Positions 58,901 to 64,000 of a stretch of 64,000 bases of DNA are shown in pieces. The position numbers and the translations under genes are program-made. The notes under the pieces were generated by a model. The model had not been told where the DNA came from, ran no database searches, and worked only from the letters and a program-made list of their open reading frames with translations. Source of the stretch: a virus (taxonomy: Duplodnaviria; Caudoviricetes); the IMG/VR virus record IMGVR_UViG_3300025382_000004, positions 1-64,000 of that record. One strand, 5' to 3'. Numbering within the stretch: position 1 is the first letter of the stretch; each line of letters starts with the position of its first letter.

Positions 58901-59281
58901 ACTGGTAAAATTTGTTTGATTTATTTCAGTTCTTGGTGCCCCGCCTGGTGTAGTAGCAGATGGTCTTACACCACCAGTAGAACCTTGTCTTATCTGACGG
59001 CCAGCTTGTTCTGCTTGGTCTACGGTACCGCCTCCTCTATGGGCCAGTCCAGTCAATATGTCTTGCTGTTTTTGTTGAGATTTTTTGGATATAGCATCAC
59101 GAAAACCACCAACATCGGGCATTCTTCTTTCCCAATATTTTGGAAATAGTTCAGCAAATTGGGTAGGTGTTAATAGAGCAAGCATAGTAGCACCAGACGG
59201 GCCGTTGGCAACTTCCATTCGTTGCTTTAATGCTAGTTTCTTTAGTTTATTAAATACTGATTTGTTAACCCTATTTGCCAT
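55907..59281 (-). CDS. large tail/baseplate hub protein with three peptidoglycan-hydrolase-like domains
   Basis: AEAG...ILNR...NQFQAV (SleB-like); FHVTG..GYHYVI..GHGE (amidase_2); SAKYES..GGVSYG..QL (muramidase); Pro/Thr linkers. Confidence 0.75.
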   Translation of the reverse strand: MANRVNKSVFNKLKKLALKQRMEVANGPSGATMLALLTPTQFAELFPKYWERRMPDVGGFRDAISKKSQQKQQDILTGLAHRGGGTVDQAEQAGRQIRQGSTGGVRPSATTPGGAPRTEINQTNFTSDALKARKAAEGYLGRSMTDQEWNDLVNATHAEAGSNQTEVGMVSASILNRARLKGKSITSVLNEPNQFQAVTGTRYSPGPSKNYTQGPGSGKRSESIFGAIENITPKVSKSQTDFTSNDPAAYGKGTNPNYLKQGNVVGGSRFNTAPPDSVTSGATTPQKGGQGAATPPSSQATKGSIADNVAEGMEYAYKNTSATKNAEKFKGVVFHVTGTQSIQDQMAFQKKTGYGYHYVIDKDGKVYQMAGHDDRPNQIRGAGAAERTSRFDLTNNNALGVGFITGGGKPTQAQIDAAHRIMPGLYKTHGIPTYNEDGTPNFPVGHGEIQGKDPTRNALGPGGTPEGRVMAERFRTDDYWKDMNNRMKNLTTETPAGPSAGPAPPPPSMEDRTLGGFIKSGTGKTSEQTSPVSTSTATVVPVQTPTPVWHLSRESIVDNILEAHPSASFIYSREDLWNKITSGLDEQGVKWKKTKSGAQIEINESDPRFQKVMQDMKENGLDQNRFLKKGDKTSQADSNQTASLSSAQFLASRYGKDVKKDSMSAYSQYASIDTGTMTDANITPRLGHASAKYESGNRGVHTISTGRGDKGGVSYGSHQLSSRTGTMSEFLKSPEGADYKSKFGSHRPGSKAFNNIYSKLAKEDPYGFDDAQHAFIRRTHYEPLRAKAEKLGYNVEHPKVQEALYSMSVQHRRAANKILNHPDALSTVGMDADTQVHGLFDVRTEKFSKYKNRYDQERKDILAVAEPVQPSIETAQAQTPPGVSSPATPPSVIIPQPQAAPQPPSTMQNIQRELFPGGGQQAQAAPVQTPTAVPSTPKTTPTPVTGTPPSPTPPPTVATPPDAASTSNFLRSQGIPGASDGGSFGVNGDVSFYPMDKRDNVAAIDTKTQQPLFTARGGERIDVTPSQKVNGNMGPTSDNIRSEFDAIRQELDSLSAAGQASQIQPTTRQEPRNDMPNFIGDLVRQNKTAPFHSPSFQRAVYRSKFSEDTSRDPTNNYTFGNTNA

Positions 59282-59499
59282 TACATTTTTTTCCGGTTAG
59301 CGTGATTTAGTCTATTTTTCAACTCATTCTCACGGTCTTTGGCCTTTTGTTCTTCATCTTTAAGAAACTGTTGTAATAGGTCAATATAGATATATCGTTC
59401 CCAAGGCATCATTGCTTCTAATGTGTCTAGACTCCACTTGTGATGCTGTATCAAACCAAATTGAGTTTTGTAGTGGTTTTCTAGTCTATCATGTCCCAT
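59281..59499 (-). CDS. 51: baseplate hub assembly protein gp51
   Basis: QHHKWSL..LEAMMPWERYIY..LL; follows gene 26. Confidence 0.8.
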   Translation of the reverse strand: MGHDRLENHYKTQFGLIQHHKWSLDTLEAMMPWERYIYIDLLQQFLKDEEQKAKDRENELKNRLNHANRKKM

Positions 59500-59501
59500 T
59501 G

Positions 59502-60224
59502 CTACATAAAAAAATCATAGAAATCTGTATACCTCACATTATGATGATATCCACATTTATTACAATCGGCCTCCATTTTAACCACAAATGTTGGAAAATT
59601 ATCAACAAACTCCATCATCTTGTTATAGTTTTCTTCTGTCAAGGTTTCTACAAACTCTTTTAGTTCCTCTTTACTATAATCTTTCCAAGAATACATACCT
59701 TTGGCATCGTAAATATAGTCAATAGCATTTACAATGGTGTTGGTCTTTTCATCAACTTCGTTTCCAAACTCTACTCTTTTCATAGCAGCATAGTTTGGAT
59801 ACCTCATCTTAACACCTTGTTTCTCATTCAACTTAATATCATCACTGATTTTTTCTGGATAAACCACCTCACATTTAGCAATATCCATCATAGCAGGAAA
59901 AAAATTACCGCAGGTGTTACCATCATCTAGAACGTTGTTACAGGTTAGATTTACCTCAACTGCTTCACCAATAGACTTGGCACGTAGAAATATAAACAAA
60001 AAGTCTATATCAAAAAATGGTAGTTTATCAATCTCAACTTTACCAGTAATGATACAGTTATTAATAATCTGTTTAACCGTATTTACAATCTCATTTACGT
60101 CTTTAGACTCCATTGCCATTAACAAAAGTTTTTCTTCTTTCACGTTAAATGGTCTAACTTTAATCTTTTCTTTATTTGATGGTATCTCAATTTCATATGT
60201 TGGTACATCAATTTTTGGTAACAT
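59502..60224 (-). CDS. 26: baseplate hub subunit gp26
   Basis: LPKIDVPTY, RPF.VKEEK.LL, LRAKSIGE, C...C. Confidence 0.85.
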   Translation of the reverse strand: MLPKIDVPTYEIEIPSNKEKIKVRPFNVKEEKLLLMAMESKDVNEIVNTVKQIINNCIITGKVEIDKLPFFDIDFLFIFLRAKSIGEAVEVNLTCNNVLDDGNTCGNFFPAMMDIAKCEVVYPEKISDDIKLNEKQGVKMRYPNYAAMKRVEFGNEVDEKTNTIVNAIDYIYDAKGMYSWKDYSKEELKEFVETLTEENYNKMMEFVDNFPTFVVKMEADCNKCGYHHNVRYTDFYDFFM

Positions 60225-60239
60225 AATTTATTCACTCCA

Positions 60240-60827
60240 TTATGGTGTTATATAATCTGGTCTATCCCAATACTTATATGCAAATGTAACCTGTAATCTT
60301 AAAATATCTTGATCTGCCCATGTTACTTGTTGTGGTGCTACTAATGTGGGCCAAGCTTTATTTAATGTCCATCCATAAATTGCATTTGATGGAGTATTTC
60401 TTCCTCCAAATTCAGAAAATTGAAAAATTTGAATGTTGCAATAATAATTTACAGGATATTCAAAATTAAATGATGTAGTCGGATTAATATACTCCATCCA
60501 ATCATCAAAAAATGCTCGTTCTGTGCTGGCAGAACGACAAAGGAACTGTAGATTACAGGTGTTATACATTGTATTGTTAGGCATCACCTGACTTGGGCCA
60601 TAATATCTAATCTGAGTGACATCAAAACCACGACCTGGAAATTCTGCTGCTTCACACATATAAATTAGATCATTTTTTGGTAATGATGTTAGCATTGTTG
60701 CTGAAGGATTAATCTTGACAACAAATCGGCAACTTTTTGCAAATTGACCTAGAGCATCAGAAGCTGCTCTAAATGCGTTTAATGACAATGACTGTGGAAC
60801 ATTTGTTTGTTTAAAATTATTGATCAT
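60240..60827 (-). CDS. tail-tube-like baseplate protein (gp54/gp19 family)
   Basis: CEAAEFPG, FFDDW, AWPT.V, VTFAY..W. Confidence 0.75.
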   Translation of the reverse strand: MINNFKQTNVPQSLSLNAFRAASDALGQFAKSCRFVVKINPSATMLTSLPKNDLIYMCEAAEFPGRGFDVTQIRYYGPSQVMPNNTMYNTCNLQFLCRSASTERAFFDDWMEYINPTTSFNFEYPVNYYCNIQIFQFSEFGGRNTPSNAIYGWTLNKAWPTLVAPQQVTWADQDILRLQVTFAYKYWDRPDYITP

Positions 60828-61564
60828 TAGTATCCGTCCAAAACGTTTTGACTATTGATAACTCTCATCTCTTGGAATGCCATTGTCAACATAGCAGATG
60901 TTGGTGCACCATCTTTAAAGGTGCTCCACTCTCCTGTTGGAGTATAATTAATATCAATACCCGTAAGAACACAACGTCCTATTTTAGGTATATTTTCATT
61001 TGGAGTTGCTGTACCATTTTCATCCAAGTACCAAAACTGAATTAAAAATTCTGATGGAGATAAGTATAGGCCGCCAGTGCTTAGAAACTCTGCTTGATTA
61101 CCTACCGACCCAATATATCCTGTTTGTGGATCACTGGTACCTTCAACAAGAGTTGGAGAAGAATATTGTCGTAATGTTTGAACTATTAACTTTAATTGTC
61201 TTGATTCTTCTGGTGATTGTGGAGACATAATAAAACTAAATTGAAATCTACGTAGTGCGGTATCACGATATAGCACCTCAACCTTAGAGTTTATAGCACC
61301 ACCTGCGGCGCCTGCTACCGTTTGTATAAGTCCACCTATTGCACCAATAGCACCTGGAACAACATAACCCATTTTCTTGTCAACATATTCGTGAGAGGTT
61401 TCCCACACCATATTTGACCCATTAATACCTCCAGGAACAAACAATGAAATTCCTGCCTGTGGTGAATTATCATTACCACGACCGACAGGCATTATAATCA
61501 TATAATGGCCTTGTCTGGCGGATGTTAAATCTTCTGGAAACGATAAATTGAGAAAACCTGGCAT
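60827..61564 (-). CDS. 48: baseplate tail-tube cap gp48
   Basis: RRFQFSF.MSPQS..ES, F.I, CVLTGI.INY.P, L.MAFQE. Confidence 0.8.
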   Translation of the reverse strand: MPGFLNLSFPEDLTSARQGHYMIIMPVGRGNDNSPQAGISLFVPGGINGSNMVWETSHEYVDKKMGYVVPGAIGAIGGLIQTVAGAAGGAINSKVEVLYRDTALRRFQFSFIMSPQSPEESRQLKLIVQTLRQYSSPTLVEGTSDPQTGYIGSVGNQAEFLSTGGLYLSPSEFLIQFWYLDENGTATPNENIPKIGRCVLTGIDINYTPTGEWSTFKDGAPTSAMLTMAFQEMRVINSQNVLDGY

Positions 61565-61594
61565 TTATTCCTCCGGTATACCTAGATACTATTT

Positions 61595-62038
61595 ATGGCA
61601 CACTACAAGCAAGGTTTATTTAAGCCTGTGAATCCTAAAAAATATATCGGAGACCCTACCAACATCGTATATAGGTCTGGATGGGAAAAGAGGGTAATGG
61701 ATTGGTTAGACACCAACACCAATGTTGTCCGTTGGGGGTCGGAAGAGATAGTCATTCCGTATGTATCACCCATAGATAATAAACTCCACCGATACTTTAC
61801 GGACTTTTATGTGGAGGCGGTTGGGAGAGACGGTGAGACACGTAAGATGCTTTTAGAGGTCAAACCAAAGGCCCAGACCCAAGAACCAAAAAGACCACAA
61901 AGGACTACTAAAAGGTATATTACCGAGGTGATGACTTACGGAGTTAATCAGGCTAAATGGAAGGCCGCAGAAGATTATTGCCGTCACAAAGGATGGGAAT
62001 TTAGAGTTATAACGGAATCAGACCTATTCAAAAAGTGA
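61595..62038 (+). CDS. 4: head completion nuclease gp4
   Basis: YRSGWE, WGSEE..IPY, RYFTDF, EVKP..QT, NQAKW. Confidence 0.9.
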   Translation: MAHYKQGLFKPVNPKKYIGDPTNIVYRSGWEKRVMDWLDTNTNVVRWGSEEIVIPYVSPIDNKLHRYFTDFYVEAVGRDGETRKMLLEVKPKAQTQEPKRPQRTTKRYITEVMTYGVNQAKWKAAEDYCRHKGWEFRVITESDLFKK

Positions 62039-62052
62039 TATAAATACAGGTT

Positions 62053-62562
62053 ATGGCAGAAAAATATTCATCTAAAGACCTACAAAAGTGGTTATTTGAT
62101 AAGGCCTTGGATGCTGCGTCACCAAAGGCTCGTAAACTGTTACTAGCATCCGATCAAAGAGGTCGTGATGATACTGTTATTGGAAAGTTATTCTTTTTTA
62201 AGTATGACCCGAAAGGGAAGGCGACACTAGCAAAGTATGATAAGTTTCCAATGGCATTTCCAATTGAGATGTATGGAGATGGTTTTCTTGGTTTAAACCT
62301 ACACTATCTTAGTATAGGTGAAAGACAATCTTTATTAGGTCAATTGATGAAGTTTCAAAATAATAAATTATTTGATGAAACGACCAAACTAAAATTGAGT
62401 TATCAGTTATTACAAGGTTCAAGAAGATTAGAGTCCTTGGCAAAACCTTGTATCAAAAGATATCTTTATACACAGGTTAGGTCTCAGTTCATCGAGATCA
62501 ACGTTGATGAGTTTGATAAAGCAATACAACTCCCAGTTGAAGATTGGGTATTCAAGAGGTAA
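62053..62562 (+). CDS. 2: DNA end protector gp2
   Basis: FFKYDPK, YD.FP, GLNLHYL, CIKRYL. Confidence 0.9.
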   Translation: MAEKYSSKDLQKWLFDKALDAASPKARKLLLASDQRGRDDTVIGKLFFFKYDPKGKATLAKYDKFPMAFPIEMYGDGFLGLNLHYLSIGERQSLLGQLMKFQNNKLFDETTKLKLSYQLLQGSRRLESLAKPCIKRYLYTQVRSQFIEINVDEFDKAIQLPVEDWVFKR

Positions 62563-62564
62563 AA

Positions 62565-63419
62565 ATGGCAGTCGATAATACAGTAACAGGTACTCCAGGA
62601 CCTTCATATAACACACCGTTTTTTGGTGCATTTCCTACTATGGAATATGATATTAATAATACTGTTACTTATTTAATAGGTCCTCACGAAACCGTAACCG
62701 ATATTTTCTTTCGTTTTGGTATTCTCAAAAAAATTATTAATAATACATCAGCATATTATGTTTATGATGTATTGGATTCCGATACACCAGAATTATTAGC
62801 AGAAAAGATTTATGGTGACGTTGGTGCTGGTTGGATTATATTATATGCCAATAAAATTTCAGATGCACAATTTGACTGGACTTTACAATATGATGCCTTC
62901 CAAAAAATGATTAACGACAAATATGGTTCAGTAGATTGGGCACAGGCGAATATACATCATTGTGAAATGGTTATTGAAAGAACCAATGAATTTTATGGAA
63001 CAACAAGCACAACAACTTTTGTTATTGATGAAACTCGTTTAACAAATAATTTTCCAAATGTTCCTTATGCTTATTTTACTCCTTGGACCGTTACGACACA
63101 TAGAACCTCTGATAGTAATGTATTTACCGCAGATGACGATAACAGGCCATATTTGACCGCCGATTTGACTTACGATGATCTCGTAACAGTTTCTAGATCA
63201 GGTTCTATACCTCTCATCCAAGGTACACAAACTTATCAAATTGATGGTAAAACAATAGTTGAAACAACATCAGGTCAGAGAATTTCATATTATGATTATG
63301 AATTAAAACTAAATGATGATAAAAGAATTATTAAAATTATTAAACCGGAATATTATCCGCAAATTATGGCAGAATTCAAAAAACTTACAAATGCTACAAC
63401 ATCATATTTGAGGAAATAA
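62565..63419 (+). CDS. 53: baseplate wedge protein gp53
   Basis: FF..FP..EY, DTPELLAEKIYG, WIILYAN, YYDYE..LN..KR.I. Confidence 0.85.
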   Translation: MAVDNTVTGTPGPSYNTPFFGAFPTMEYDINNTVTYLIGPHETVTDIFFRFGILKKIINNTSAYYVYDVLDSDTPELLAEKIYGDVGAGWIILYANKISDAQFDWTLQYDAFQKMINDKYGSVDWAQANIHHCEMVIERTNEFYGTTSTTTFVIDETRLTNNFPNVPYAYFTPWTVTTHRTSDSNVFTADDDNRPYLTADLTYDDLVTVSRSGSIPLIQGTQTYQIDGKTIVETTSGQRISYYDYELKLNDDKRIIKIIKPEYYPQIMAEFKKLTNATTSYLRK

Positions 63420-63425
63420 TATAAT

Positions 63426-64000
63426 ATGACATTTCAAGGAACTTATGAAGGCCGTTTGGTTGATGCAAGAATTGGAATAGGCGGTGTGATTTTTGCTGAT
63501 ATTACAGTCAAAGAAATCATACTTGGTGAAAGCTTAACAACACCTGGACTTCAAACTGCTATAACTCTACAATCTTTTATATATAGCAAAATATCTAAAA
63601 ATTTAGATCAATATAAAGACCAAACAATCACCATCGATCTCCAAACAAAAGATGGTAGTAATACAATGTTTGTTAGTCAGCAAGTATATAGAATTGATAA
63701 CAGACATTTTGAACCTATTAATATAGGTCAAACCGAAGAATTTACTGTCCATGCCTGTGATCAAAGTTTACTCAATGATGCTCAATCTTTAGTTTCAAAG
63801 TCTTGGAAATGTACCACACCCGATAAAATCGTTAATTATGTTTTAAGTTCATGTGCTGGTGCTACAAGAACGGTCATTGATTCTGCTTCGCCTGCTAGAG
63901 ATTATATGGCAGACAATATACATCCATTCCAGGTGGTAGCACAACAATGTAATGTCGCATTAGATGGCAATGATCCATCATTTTTACATTATATGACTTA
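63426..64000 (+). CDS. baseplate hub protein (gp27-like), truncated by window end
   Basis: ATG 63426 after GAGGA; follows gene 53; no stop seen before window end. Confidence 0.55.
   Translation, partial: MTFQGTYEGRLVDARIGIGGVIFADITVKEIILGESLTTPGLQTAITLQSFIYSKISKNLDQYKDQTITIDLQTKDGSNTMFVSQQVYRIDNRHFEPINIGQTEEFTVHACDQSLLNDAQSLVSKSWKCTTPDKIVNYVLSSCAGATRTVIDSASPARDYMADNIHPFQVVAQQCNVALDGNDPSFLHYMT

Noticed and set aside
1602-62631. Many overlapping opposite-strand or alternate-frame ORFs in the track (e.g. 1602-1913, 10658-11068, 18637-18984, 20258-20668, 48276-48797, 49109-49498, 58102-58494)
   Set aside because: They lie inside well-supported genes, lack SD or motifs, and are best explained as shadows of biased codon usage
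1-64000. Stop-codon reassignment or tRNA genes
   Set aside because: Core genes translate full length with the standard code, and no tRNA cloverleaf was seen apart from the tmRNA tRNA-like domain

Overview
64 kb of a T4-like myophage genome (AT-rich, almost all + strand). It carries the T4 core set uvsX, 41, 61, rnh, 33, 59 and 32, the baseplate/tail genes 51, 26, 54-like, 48, 4, 2 and 53, plus thyX, a class II RNR, dam, phoH, clpP and dps. The host is very likely an alphaproteobacterium (Rhizobiales-like): the phage encodes a circularly permuted two-piece tmRNA (tag ANDNSAYQDLALAA) and many rhizobial-style secreted envelope proteins. Main unexplained structures: (1) a family of GIY-YIG homing-endonuclease-like genes, six loci of which (five GIY-YIG genes and one nuclease-less derivative) share a covarying two-hairpin 5' leader behind a TAAATA late promoter, and one copy has replaced the 3' end of the glutaredoxin gene; (2) the two-piece tmRNA; (3) four repeated palindrome-plus-sigma70 promoter cassettes (PeSL-like) in a small-ORF region; (4) a late region of proteins with T4-like capsid-targeting N-termini and repeated protease-site modules; (5) an R-M-like cassette, a three-domain peptidoglycan-hydrolase tail protein and a PhaR-like box. 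All family assignments come from motif recognition by eye; no database searches were run.
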